From Candidatus Magasanikbacteria bacterium CG10_big_fil_rev_8_21_14_0_10_47_10 (GTDB lineage: Bacteria; Patescibacteriota; Patescibacteriia; Magasanikbacterales; UBA922): a DNA stretch of 64,000 nucleotides. The stretch spans positions 7,591 to 71,590 of the forward strand of contig PFCB01000022.1 of NCBI GenBank assembly GCA_002773135.1, given 5' to 3'. The position numbers were made by a program, and so were the translations under genes. This document shows positions 30,230-39,947 of this stretch, one piece after another; within the stretch, counting starts at the first letter, position 1; every line of letters starts with the position of its first letter. The notes under the pieces were generated by a model. The model worked only from the letters and a program-made list of their open reading frames with translations, did not search any database and was not told the origin of the DNA.

Positions 30230-31735
30230 ATGCGCAGAAATCAATCCATTGGCACCTGCATCTTTGTATTGGGGATATTGTTCTTCTCCGGGGCTGTTCA
30301 GGCAGAGGAGCAGCGCGTGTTTATCAACTCCAATGATCCATTTACTGACACTCGCGCTGTCCGTTTATCAGTAACTCCACCTGCAGGAGTTGTTGAAATG
30401 AGAGTATCGAACACGGAAAATTTTTCCGATGGGTCATCGTGGCAGCCGATTCAACTGAAAAAAGTGTGGAATCTCAGCTATGGGACCGGTCAAAAAATCG
30501 TATACATTAACTTTAGAGCGGCCAGCAAGGCTGAGACAGGGTGGTATTCCGACTCAATTATTTTGGTCGGTCCGGATGCTCCCGGTGTCGTGGCTCATAT
30601 AAACAATTGGGAAAAGCAGACCAGCAGTAGGCGGGTAACGCTGGTATCGGAATACACGGATGGAATAGAATCAGTTGCAATTAGCAATACATCTGATTTT
30701 ACCGGTGTTCGATATCAGCCGATCAGTAAATCTATCCCCTGGATATTGACTGTCGGGTCGGCGGAGAAGAGAGTGTATGTGCGGTATAGAGATGTGAATG
30801 GCAAAACAACAGACGTGCAGGTTTCCATAACATATATTGAACCGCCCAACCATATCGCAGAGGGGACTCTTTTAAAGGGGCAAACAGACACCGTCTATTA
30901 CCTTGGGTATGACGGAAGTATCCATCCTTTTTTGCATAGCAGTATTTTTTTAAGCTTTAGTCAGGATTTTTCGGCCATTCGGCACGTGAGCAATGCATCT
31001 CTGCGTCAATATTCGATAGCTGAGCCCGTATGTATGCGGCAGGGGACATGGCTTGTGAAGTTCAGAGGGTTGCCTCGCGTGTATGCGCCGGAGCCGGGCT
31101 GTGAACTTCGGCCCATTCGATCCGAAGCAGAGGCATTTTTATTATATGGTTCCGCATGGCGATCACGCCTTATTGAGCTCGACCCGGTGCTATCCGGAAC
31201 CTATAGTATTCACGAGCTTACCGATTTTTCGCGCACGGAAGACCGCGACAGAGACGGACTTGATCGCGCGACAGAGGCGCGTTATGGAACGTCTGATACG
31301 AACGAAGATAGTGACAATGATCGTGTGAGCGACTATGAGGAAATATTTTATTGGCTTCTGGATCCAACAGAGCCTGACACTGATGGCGATGGGATATTGG
31401 ATGGCGTTGAGCTGTCGCAGGGACGCTCCCCCTTTGGAACGGGGAATATCACGGCAGTGCCAAAGGGAACCTATGTATACCCATTTGGATCGGTCGTAAA
31501 CCGTTGGTGGGAGGATAGGTATCTTTATTATTATCATCAGGACGGATATGTGTATTATCTTTCAAAAAAGGCGCAAGATACGCCCTTCGCCTCAAATAAA
31601 TTGCAGTCACGATTTGTTATCACACCGCCCGTTGAGATTCCGATGGAGCTGCGCGACGGTTGGTATATCCAGTCGGACCATCTAGATATCAAAGCGCCAT
31701 TAATTCATAGAAATGGTCAAATTGCTCCACTTTAA
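30230..31735 (+). CDS. Secreted/surface repeat protein
   Basis: Signal peptide; two Ig-like repeats (SN..dF...P...W.L..G...K.VY); ~60-aa G.L.K....VY repeats; DxDxDG Ca-binding repeats. Confidence 0.75.
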   Translation: MRRNQSIGTCIFVLGILFFSGAVQAEEQRVFINSNDPFTDTRAVRLSVTPPAGVVEMRVSNTENFSDGSSWQPIQLKKVWNLSYGTGQKIVYINFRAASKAETGWYSDSIILVGPDAPGVVAHINNWEKQTSSRRVTLVSEYTDGIESVAISNTSDFTGVRYQPISKSIPWILTVGSAEKRVYVRYRDVNGKTTDVQVSITYIEPPNHIAEGTLLKGQTDTVYYLGYDGSIHPFLHSSIFLSFSQDFSAIRHVSNASLRQYSIAEPVCMRQGTWLVKFRGLPRVYAPEPGCELRPIRSEAEAFLLYGSAWRSRLIELDPVLSGTYSIHELTDFSRTEDRDRDGLDRATEARYGTSDTNEDSDNDRVSDYEEIFYWLLDPTEPDTDGDGILDGVELSQGRSPFGTGNITAVPKGTYVYPFGSVVNRWWEDRYLYYYHQDGYVYYLSKKAQDTPFASNKLQSRFVITPPVEIPMELRDGWYIQSDHLDIKAPLIHRNGQIAPL

Positions 31736-31739
31736 TACT

Positions 31740-33776
31740 ATGAGGCAGTCGTATTCAATTGGTCTTGTTACTGCGTTCGTCATGAGTGTTTTTAGTATGT
31801 TCCCCCATGTGGCATATGCTGTCACTCCAAACGATCCATTTGTCGAGCAGTGGTCTTTTCGCGATGTGGGCGCGTATGCGGCATGGGATATAGCGCAAGG
31901 GAATCGTGATGTTGTTGTCGCGCTGATTGACAATGGTTTTGATACATTTCACCCGGATTTGCAGGAGAATGTCTGGGTCAACGAGGATGAAATAGCTGAT
32001 AACGGCATTGATGACGACGGGAATGGATATATTGACGATCGGTATGGGTGGAATTTTGTACCGACAGATATTGATAAAAATGGCGCGCTTGAGCTGAGCG
32101 AGGTCAAGGGATCAAACGACCCGCGTCCTCCCGTCGCAGACCTTGATCAAATGGAGAAGGCGCGCGGAAAGGTGCACCATGGAACATTGGTCGCCGGTAT
32201 CATCGGGGCTGTGGCTAATAATAATCAGGGCATCGCCGGTATCAATTGGCATGTCCGCCTCATGAATATTCGATTGCTATCATCCGATGGAGCCGGATCA
32301 ATCGACGCGCTCGCGGACGCCATTATGTACGCTGTTGATAACGGTGCTGATGTTATCAACTTTAGCATTGTGGGAGAATATATTACCCCGGAAGCGTCCG
32401 CAGCCATTGATTATGCGTATAGTCACAATGTCGTGATGGTTGCCGCGGCGGGCAACAATGGTTTATCCCTGGAGAGTGCACCTCTCTATCCCGTTTGCTC
32501 CGATGCGACAGGTCCAAGAAAAATACTGGGGGTCAGCGCTATTACTGAAGATCACTATCTCGCGTCCTTCTCCAACGTTGGGTCAAATTGTATTGATATC
32601 ACAGCGCCGGGCGCGTATATCACATCCACTGTCCGATACGCGCCTCAATATGGCATGACCGATAAGGTATCGGGAGGGTGGCATGGAACATCTTTTGCCG
32701 CCCCATTTGTAAGTGCGACCGCGGCGCTGGTAAAATCAATGCAGCCTCACTGGTCGGCAACCAAAATAATGACGGCTATTTTGGAATCCACGCATGTGAC
32801 ACCCACCGTGATAACCCCCGAATATGCGCAGATGTACGGCCACGGTCTGCTTCAAATTGATAAAACAGTGGCATATGTGCTCGATCACATGGAAAAAACT
32901 GTTCTCCCAATTCGATCTGTCAGTGTTATTGATACGGCAAGCGGTGCGCGAGTATCCAAGTCACTGGTGTCCGAACCACGTCAGCAAATTCAAGCCGAGC
33001 TTCAAGGCATTGACGATATTGCGGCCTATCCGCTTGGAGACATACGATATGCCACGGTTACCTATAGCCATACTACGCGGAGCGCGACCGTCTCTTTGTT
33101 GAGTGGCGCGTATACTGTTCTCTCATCGTTTACCCTGGCCTCCCAGGGGACGCTGCGAATAGAGCTGGCTGATTTGGTTGGAGATGCCGCGCCTGAGATT
33201 ATCTTGGCCCCGGCATATGCATCCGACGAGTTGTTTCGCGTCTATGCTGTCAGTGGCGGCCTTATTGACGCGACAAAGGCAAAGGCAGTGCATACGGGTA
33301 TTTTTCTCGCACGAAAAAATACACTGGCAAAAGATCGTGTTGCTGTGGGGTATATGACAGCCGAATCACGCGTTGTCACTATTGAAATCTACGATGGGGG
33401 CGGCCGAACTCCGGCGGAAGGCGTCACTGTTGACGCGGGACTGCAGTCTCTGGGAGATTTTGCGGCAGTGGATATAAATGGAAGTGGAGGCGATGAATAC
33501 ATCCTCGCCGCCGGGCCGGATGAGCAAGCGGCTCTGGTATACGTTGCGGGTGACGGGAGCATCCTAAGAAAGTTTATTGCCTATGATACGGCAAGAAATG
33601 CGGGAATACATTTGGCGGCCGGGGACTATAGCGGCAACGGCGTCGGTAATGTTGTTACCGTCATGCGGTCCGGTACCTTTAATAAAGTAAGAGTATGGGA
33701 TGCGCGCTCAAAAAAAATTGACCAATGGGACATTTCCGCAATAGGCGGCCCATTGCTCATTTCTCCAAATTATTGA
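31740..33776 (+). CDS. Secreted S8 subtilisin-like serine protease with FG-GAP-like C-terminus
   Basis: Triad VALIDNG / HHGTLVAG / GTSFAAP; AAAGNN. Confidence 0.92.
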   Translation: MRQSYSIGLVTAFVMSVFSMFPHVAYAVTPNDPFVEQWSFRDVGAYAAWDIAQGNRDVVVALIDNGFDTFHPDLQENVWVNEDEIADNGIDDDGNGYIDDRYGWNFVPTDIDKNGALELSEVKGSNDPRPPVADLDQMEKARGKVHHGTLVAGIIGAVANNNQGIAGINWHVRLMNIRLLSSDGAGSIDALADAIMYAVDNGADVINFSIVGEYITPEASAAIDYAYSHNVVMVAAAGNNGLSLESAPLYPVCSDATGPRKILGVSAITEDHYLASFSNVGSNCIDITAPGAYITSTVRYAPQYGMTDKVSGGWHGTSFAAPFVSATAALVKSMQPHWSATKIMTAILESTHVTPTVITPEYAQMYGHGLLQIDKTVAYVLDHMEKTVLPIRSVSVIDTASGARVSKSLVSEPRQQIQAELQGIDDIAAYPLGDIRYATVTYSHTTRSATVSLLSGAYTVLSSFTLASQGTLRIELADLVGDAAPEIILAPAYASDELFRVYAVSGGLIDATKAKAVHTGIFLARKNTLAKDRVAVGYMTAESRVVTIEIYDGGGRTPAEGVTVDAGLQSLGDFAAVDINGSGGDEYILAAGPDEQAALVYVAGDGSILRKFIAYDTARNAGIHLAAGDYSGNGVGNVVTVMRSGTFNKVRVWDARSKKIDQWDISAIGGPLLISPNY

Positions 33777-33787
33777 CCCTATATATT

Positions 33788-34843
33788 ATGGATAATCCAG
33801 GTTCTATTCCAATTTTTGAAAAAAAGAATGTTGTTATCACAGGTGGCGCGGGATTTATCGGCTCCCACCTGTGTGAGCGGCTGCTTAAAGAGGCAAAAGT
33901 CATTTGCATTGATGACCTTTCAAATTCATCAATAGGAAATATTGAGCATTTGCTGCAGTATCCGGACTTTGAATTTATTAAATATGACGTGAATAATCCA
34001 ATCGATTTGGACGCGTTTGATGAGCTGGATAAATTTAGGGTGAAATATCAAGGGGTTCAGGAAATATATCATCTTGCATGCCCGACAAGCCCAAAAAACT
34101 TTGAGCAGCTTAAAATTCATTCGCTATGGGCAAATTCCATGGCTATGATTTCCACCTTGGATTTGGCGGTGAAATACAAGGCGAAGTATGTATTTGGTTC
34201 GAGCTCCGTGGTGTATGGCTCCCCAACAGAATCAAACACGACATTTTCCGAACCGGAGGAGGGGATTGTCAATCATCTGTCGCCCCGCGCGTGTTATGAT
34301 GAGGGGAAGCGGTTTGCCGAGACCTGCGTTGAGACCTACCGCCAGGTGTATGGCATTGACGGTAAATCGGCGCGTATCTTTACGACGTTCGGTCCGAGAA
34401 TGCGCTTGCGCGATGGCTTGCTCATCCCTGATTTCATCATTAATGCGCTTGACAGCAGGGATTTGACTATTTACGGTGACGGGCTCATGTCGCAAACATT
34501 TGTCTATGTCAGTGATGTTGTGGATGGACTGGTACGGCTTATGCAGTCCGGCCCGGATATATCAATTGTTAATCTGGGGTCAGACCATCTTATAAATGTT
34601 TCTGAGGTCGCGCAAAAAATTATTCAAATGACCCAGTCGCAGTCAAAAGTCGTTTTTGAGAAAGAATTGATTTTTTTAACAAAAAAAGGTATCCCGGATC
34701 TGCAAGTTGCAAAAGAGAAACTTGATTGGATTCCGCTTGTCCTTCTTGAAGATGGCCTGCGAAAAACGATTGACTATGCCATAGCCAATAAATCCGCGGT
34801 TACCCTGGGGGATGCCCCCGGCGGTCAAGGCTCATTGTCATAG
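33788..34843 (+). CDS. Extended SDR, UDP-glucuronate decarboxylase-like
   Basis: GGAGFIGSHL, IYHLACPTSP, YDEGKRFAE. Confidence 0.85.
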   Translation: MDNPGSIPIFEKKNVVITGGAGFIGSHLCERLLKEAKVICIDDLSNSSIGNIEHLLQYPDFEFIKYDVNNPIDLDAFDELDKFRVKYQGVQEIYHLACPTSPKNFEQLKIHSLWANSMAMISTLDLAVKYKAKYVFGSSSVVYGSPTESNTTFSEPEEGIVNHLSPRACYDEGKRFAETCVETYRQVYGIDGKSARIFTTFGPRMRLRDGLLIPDFIINALDSRDLTIYGDGLMSQTFVYVSDVVDGLVRLMQSGPDISIVNLGSDHLINVSEVAQKIIQMTQSQSKVVFEKELIFLTKKGIPDLQVAKEKLDWIPLVLLEDGLRKTIDYAIANKSAVTLGDAPGGQGSLS

Positions 34844-34872
34844 GAGCCTTGTTCGTGATACGCTCTGGCTGT

Positions 34873-35532
34873 ATGTTTCTTGCTATTGTACCAGCGTACA
34901 ATGAGGCGCCGCGTATAGGTTCCGTTATCCGGAGCCTTTTTGCGCATGTGGACCGAGTTCTCGTCGTGGATGATGGATCCACCGATGAGACGGCACGAGT
35001 CGCCGGGGAGCTGGGTGCCCATGTTATTATTCACCGCGTAAATCGTGGTCAAGGGGCGGCGCTGGAAACGGGGCACGCCTATGCTCGTCTCATTGGAGCT
35101 GAGTATGTTCTGCATTTTGATGCGGATGGCCAATTTGATGCAGCGGATGTTTCAGGCGCGCTTCAACAGTTGCGCGAGCAGAACGCGGATATCCTGCTCG
35201 GATCTCGTTTTATGGATGTACGCTCAAGGGTTCCCTGGACAAAGCGACACCTGATACTGCCCATCGGCAGACTGATTCACCGTTTCGTGTTTGGAGTACA
35301 CCTGTCGGACGCGCACAATGGCTTTCGAATACTCAACAAGCAGGCAATCGAGTTGCTTCACATTACACAAGACAGGATGGCGCACGCGACAGAGATTCCC
35401 GCTCGCGCGCAGCGGCTGCGACTACGAATTATTGAACACCCTGTCCGCGTCACATACCATACATATGGACAGGGTATTAAAGGCGGCATGAACGTAGTGA
35501 AGGATTTATTATTTAGTCGGTTTGTTAAATAG
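34873..35532 (+). CDS. Glycosyltransferase family 2 (DPM1-like)
   Basis: VPAYNE, VVDDGSTD, FDADGQF, GSRF. Confidence 0.9.
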   Translation: MFLAIVPAYNEAPRIGSVIRSLFAHVDRVLVVDDGSTDETARVAGELGAHVIIHRVNRGQGAALETGHAYARLIGAEYVLHFDADGQFDAADVSGALQQLREQNADILLGSRFMDVRSRVPWTKRHLILPIGRLIHRFVFGVHLSDAHNGFRILNKQAIELLHITQDRMAHATEIPARAQRLRLRIIEHPVRVTYHTYGQGIKGGMNVVKDLLFSRFVK

Positions 35533-35533
35533 T

Positions 35534-35866
35534 ATGCTCCTCATATTTCAAATTATATTCATCGGATTTTCGCTTTTGGCTATCAGATCCGTTTACAAAC
35601 GGCGGAAGGAAGGATTTCTTGGATTGAGCGGTTTCCTTTTTTGGTCACTATTTTGGATTTTTGTCGCCGTTGTGGTGGCAGTACCGGAATCTGCAAATTC
35701 CGCGGCCCGTCTTTTTGGAATAGGTCGTGGGGCTGATTTTGCGATTTATTCATCGATTGGACTGATTTTTTTTATACTCTTTCGCCTCCACATCAAAATT
35801 GAATCGATTGGGCGCGATATCACCAAGTTAACCCGCCATCAGGCGCTGGAGGAAAAAAATGAATAA
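35534..35866 (+). CDS. DUF2304 family membrane protein
   Basis: Three TMs, FGIGRGAD, ITKLTRHQAL; follows a GT2 gene as is typical. Confidence 0.8.
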   Translation: MLLIFQIIFIGFSLLAIRSVYKRRKEGFLGLSGFLFWSLFWIFVAVVVAVPESANSAARLFGIGRGADFAIYSSIGLIFFILFRLHIKIESIGRDITKLTRHQALEEKNE

Positions 35867-37073
35867 TATGAAAATCGCGCATATTGTCAGTACATATCCA
35901 CCCTATTATGGCGGCATGGGGAATGTGGTCTTCCAAACCGTGGAACAATTGGCAGGACGTGGCCATGATGTCTATGTATTTACCCCCGGTGTTCACGAAC
36001 CAAACGAGGTTCGCGCGGTTGACGCACCCCAAACACCCACCCACGCGCAGCCACTGCGCGAAGAGATATTTACGGTTCGACGTCTTAGCCCTTCGCTGCG
36101 ATACGGAAACGCTGCCCGCTTGCCGCAGTTGACTCGAGAACTCGATGACATGGATGTTGTGCATTTACATTACCCTTTTTTTGGCAGCGCTCGTCTTGTT
36201 CGTACATGGAAGCAAACACATCCAAAGGGAGCGCTTGTTATCACATACCATATGGACACGCGCGCTTCAGGGTGGAAGGGACTCATTTTTCAGCTATATA
36301 CCAAATTTTGGATGCCGCGTGTCCTGGGAGCTGCTGATGCGTTAATCGGCAGCTCCTTTGACTATGTACGACATTGTGACGCGTCCATGCTGTATCGCGA
36401 CGCACCGAGCGTCTGGCATGAGCTTCCTTTTGGTGTGGATATTAATCGCTTTTTTCCTCGCCGGCGTTCCGAATCACTCATGCACAGGCATGGGCTAAAC
36501 CCAAATCTTCCTACGGTATTATTTGTTGGAGGCATGGATAGCGCGCATTATTTTAAGGGGATGCCGGATCTGATCAAAGCGCTCTTCCTTTTGAGGAAAT
36601 CCGAGGTACCGGTGCAAGCTATTTTTGTGGGGGATGGAAATTTGCGACCGGAATTTGAGCGCCAAGCTCATGCGCTTCAACTGAAAGCCGCTTATTTTGT
36701 TGGGAGGGTGAGCGATGTGGAGCTGCCGGAATACTACGCGCTGGGCGATCTGTGCGTGCTGCCGTCCACAACGGTCGGCGAGGCCTTCGGCATGGTCTTG
36801 CTGGAGGCAATGGCCAGCGGTATCCCGGTACTTGCCAGTGATTTACCCGGCGTTCGAGTTGTTGCCGGTAAAGGCGGTGATGTTGTTCCCGTCCACAATC
36901 CTGCCGCATTGGCCGAAGCTATAACATCCTACTTTTCACAGAATGATTTAATTATTGCTCAAATGAAGAACACTGCTCGTGCCGTTGTCGAGCGAGATTA
37001 TTCGTGGCCTGACATTGCGGAACGGTTGGAGGGCATATATAAAAAAGCCATTGCCGCAGCGCGATTGGAGTGA
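35859..37073 (+). CDS. Glycosyltransferase family 4
   Basis: YPPYYGG, EAFGMVLLEAMASG. Confidence 0.92.
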   Translation: MNNMKIAHIVSTYPPYYGGMGNVVFQTVEQLAGRGHDVYVFTPGVHEPNEVRAVDAPQTPTHAQPLREEIFTVRRLSPSLRYGNAARLPQLTRELDDMDVVHLHYPFFGSARLVRTWKQTHPKGALVITYHMDTRASGWKGLIFQLYTKFWMPRVLGAADALIGSSFDYVRHCDASMLYRDAPSVWHELPFGVDINRFFPRRRSESLMHRHGLNPNLPTVLFVGGMDSAHYFKGMPDLIKALFLLRKSEVPVQAIFVGDGNLRPEFERQAHALQLKAAYFVGRVSDVELPEYYALGDLCVLPSTTVGEAFGMVLLEAMASGIPVLASDLPGVRVVAGKGGDVVPVHNPAALAEAITSYFSQNDLIIAQMKNTARAVVERDYSWPDIAERLEGIYKKAIAAARLE

Positions 37074-37115
37074 TATAATGGAAGTATCATTTACTGGCAC
37101 GTAATCACTCTATCT

Positions 37116-37439
37116 ATGGGAAAATTTAAAAAGGGGCTTTTTTTGGGTGGACTTATTGGCGCCGGTTTGACATGGATGTCGACCACGAAAAAGGGAAGGG
37201 AAGTCCGCGACGAAATATTGGATAAGGCTGCCGAGGTCTATGAAGATCTCAAAAAGAAAGTCATGGCATCGGAACAGTACAAAAAAATGACAAAGAGCCA
37301 GTTTGTCAGCATGGTAAGGGATACCGTGGACAAATACGCGGCAAAAAATGGCCTGGCTGACAATGTAAAAACAATGATGGTAAAGCTCGTGAGCGCTCAG
37401 TGGGACAGACTGCGCAAAGAGATCGCGGAAAAAAAGTAG
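37116..37439 (+). CDS. YtxH-like protein
   Basis: GLFLGGLIGAG...KKGREVR N-terminal motif. Confidence 0.75.
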   Translation: MGKFKKGLFLGGLIGAGLTWMSTTKKGREVRDEILDKAAEVYEDLKKKVMASEQYKKMTKSQFVSMVRDTVDKYAAKNGLADNVKTMMVKLVSAQWDRLRKEIAEKK

Positions 37440-37450
37440 GGGATTTAAAA

Positions 37451-37482
37451 AGAAACATGCCGTTGCAACGGCATGTTTTTCT
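37451..37482. terminator. Terminator after YtxH-like gene
   Basis: AAACATGCCGTTGCAACGGCATGTTT palindrome plus T-tract. Confidence 0.75.
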
Positions 37483-37582
37483 TATTATAGCCAGGTGTCG
37501 CTTCTATAGATAAGAATTGCCACGTCTACTACACCATGAAATGGGAGCCCCTCAGAGTAATATATGTAAGTATCGATCCGTT

Positions 37583-38806
37583 TCATATCTTTAACAACGT
37601 TTTCTCAATGAAACTAAACAGTGTTTTAAACGTTTTTTCTGAATTAAATTGCCTATCAATCGTTTTCAGTCCATTTGCTATAAATAATTGCCGGACGTCT
37701 TTATCATTGAGCAGGCTCAGTAGCCTATTCGATAAATGACTTGCATCATTTGGGATGGTTAAGTACCCATTAACACCATCTTCTATGATTTCCGGCACTC
37801 CTCCAACCTTTGTACCCAACACCGGGAGTCCGCATGCCATTGCCTCAAGATATACTTGTCCGAACGTTTCGTTTTCTGAAGCAAGGACGAAAACATCTGA
37901 ACCGGCGTATACTCGAGGCATTTCTTCAAGTTTGAATGTGCGAACGATGACCTGATCTTCAACCCCATGAATTTGGATAAAGCCCTCAAGTTTTTTTAAC
38001 GCTTCTTGGAATTGGATATGCAGTCGAGCTGGGGGTTTCCCAATAGCAAGTAACAGACGAAGTGACTCATCTTGATGAGCTATTTTTGAAAAAGCATCAA
38101 GCAGGTTGATAAAACCCTTTTCTTGAATAATGTCTTTGTACCCGTGTAAAATTCTTGAAGCACACAAAATTACTTTCTTTTCTTGAGATAATTTAAGTTT
38201 CTTCTTTAACCACTTTTTATTAACAACTTGATTAAACTCTTTTATATTCACTCCAAGATATTTGGTCGTCAAACTTTTGATATTTGACCCCTTTTGAAAT
38301 ACATCACCTGCGACGCTTTTACTCACACAAATAATCTTTTGCCAAAACAGATTATTAATGAGTTCAGTTTGTAGTTCATTTGTAGAGAAAGAGTGTAGTT
38401 GCAAAAACAGTGGCACATCCTTTGCGTGACAGATCATGTTGACGAGCAAACTGTATGATGGAGGCAGTCCAACATGAAAATTTTGCGCAATCACCGCATC
38501 AATTTCTTTTTGTTCAATGAACGTGTTCAAAAATGAAAAGAACTCATGAGATTTACTTTTTACAGTCTTTTTTGATGCTAACCCGATGTCCAATCCTTTC
38601 CCCGGTCTTGGGGCCATGTCAAGCGATTCCCTATAATAAATCGTGACATTTTTTTGCTTGATGATGGCATCCTTTGTTTTGCTCGGGAGGATAAAATAAT
38701 AACGACCTTCTTGCCTCTCACAATACTCGATAAGATTTTTGATGTATCGTTCTACGCCGCCAATGCTCAATTGAGGTGAATTTGGACTGATAATGAGAAA
38801 ATTCAT
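37583..38806 (-). CDS. Glycosyltransferase family 4 (AT-rich)
   Basis: GGVERY, ETFGQVYLEAMACGLPV, GGVPEII. Confidence 0.9.
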   Translation of the reverse strand: MNFLIISPNSPQLSIGGVERYIKNLIEYCERQEGRYYFILPSKTKDAIIKQKNVTIYYRESLDMAPRPGKGLDIGLASKKTVKSKSHEFFSFLNTFIEQKEIDAVIAQNFHVGLPPSYSLLVNMICHAKDVPLFLQLHSFSTNELQTELINNLFWQKIICVSKSVAGDVFQKGSNIKSLTTKYLGVNIKEFNQVVNKKWLKKKLKLSQEKKVILCASRILHGYKDIIQEKGFINLLDAFSKIAHQDESLRLLLAIGKPPARLHIQFQEALKKLEGFIQIHGVEDQVIVRTFKLEEMPRVYAGSDVFVLASENETFGQVYLEAMACGLPVLGTKVGGVPEIIEDGVNGYLTIPNDASHLSNRLLSLLNDKDVRQLFIANGLKTIDRQFNSEKTFKTLFSFIEKTLLKI

Positions 38807-38892
38807 GCAAACGTTTTTGTTTATTTTAATATGTTCTGTATCAATACCATCTGTATCAATAACCACTCACTGTTGCCGTTTTCAAATCGTTG

Positions 38893-38963
38893 CTCGGAGA
38901 CTAGGATTCGAACCTAGATACCCAGGACCAGAACCTGGAGTCCTACCATTAGACGATCTCCGA
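38893..38963 (-). tRNA. tRNA-Gln(CUG), CCA not encoded
   Basis: Cloverleaf: acceptor TCGGAGA/TCTCCGA, anticodon arm CCAGG-TTCTGGT-CCTGG, T arm CTAGG-TTCGAAT-CCTAG. Confidence 0.95.
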
Positions 38964-38966
38964 ATG

Positions 38967-39947
38967 TTATTGCGTTATTTGTGCCCCGTCCGACAGACTC
39001 CGGATAAAGGCACCGCTGAGCACACGGACCGCACTCCATGTCCACCCATGCGACAGAAAAACCGCTTCATTGATAATATGGCGCTTTACGCCACCAATTG
39101 AGAGTGAATACACCTTTGGATCAGACGGAGACTTTATAACGCTACCGACAGGGAGGCGCTGCTCGTTTATTGTCGGCAGATACCCATTGGCAACTTCATA
39201 CCCATCGGTAAATCCATCTCCATCACTATCCGCAAGCCACAGTATAGTACCAAAATCAATTTCCTGCTGCTTGGTGAGACCATCTTCATCCGCATCACTG
39301 CTCGCGGTATCAAGCAGTTCTCTACGAGTGAAAATAGCTCGTGGCGACCCGTTCGCTGTATCGCCCGGAACATAGTCGTGCATCGCGTTCATGATAGTAT
39401 CATATGAATAGTGATAGTCAAGACCATATCGGGTACCCGGCTCCTGAGCAATAAATGTTTGGGACGTATCGTCATAACCCGATATAACGACTGTGTGATA
39501 CACAGGACCGGACGCACGGAAGTGAGGATTATAAAGCGCTCGGCCATAGACAGGTACAATGACCGGATGCCCTGTATCTATTTCACGCTTGATTTGATCC
39601 AAAGAAGGACTGTCTACCACATATGCCTCCCATGGATAGTAGGCGTTAATAATATCACTTATTTTTTGCGCGTTTTCATCAAGACTGGAGCCAAATTTGG
39701 CATTTTTAATATTGAAAACATTCAGCAGCCTTTTTTCGCTTGAATCAACAGAGAGCATTTGGCCGGCGTAGTAGGCGTCAATCATAACAATTGTGGCCTC
39801 TTCACATGCATCCTGCCAAGGCTGTGTCCACGCACCCCGTGGCGCCTGTGAGGTAAAGGGGACTGGCAGTGTTGCCGCACTGACCGGTACCCAAAGAGCC
39901 AGCAGCACAACGGTCAATCCAATATACGACAGGCGGTTAACGGTCAT
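38967..39947 (-). CDS. Secreted C39-like peptidase with Ca-binding and surface repeat domains
   Basis: VPFTSQAP...DACEEA, HTVVISGYD; DSDGDG repeats; C-terminal GSVIKSPSDPKVY repeat. Confidence 0.8.
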   Translation of the reverse strand: MTVNRLSYIGLTVVLLALWVPVSAATLPVPFTSQAPRGAWTQPWQDACEEATIVMIDAYYAGQMLSVDSSEKRLLNVFNIKNAKFGSSLDENAQKISDIINAYYPWEAYVVDSPSLDQIKREIDTGHPVIVPVYGRALYNPHFRASGPVYHTVVISGYDDTSQTFIAQEPGTRYGLDYHYSYDTIMNAMHDYVPGDTANGSPRAIFTRRELLDTASSDADEDGLTKQQEIDFGTILWLADSDGDGFTDGYEVANGYLPTINEQRLPVGSVIKSPSDPKVYSLSIGGVKRHIINEAVFLSHGWTWSAVRVLSGAFIRSLSDGAQITQ

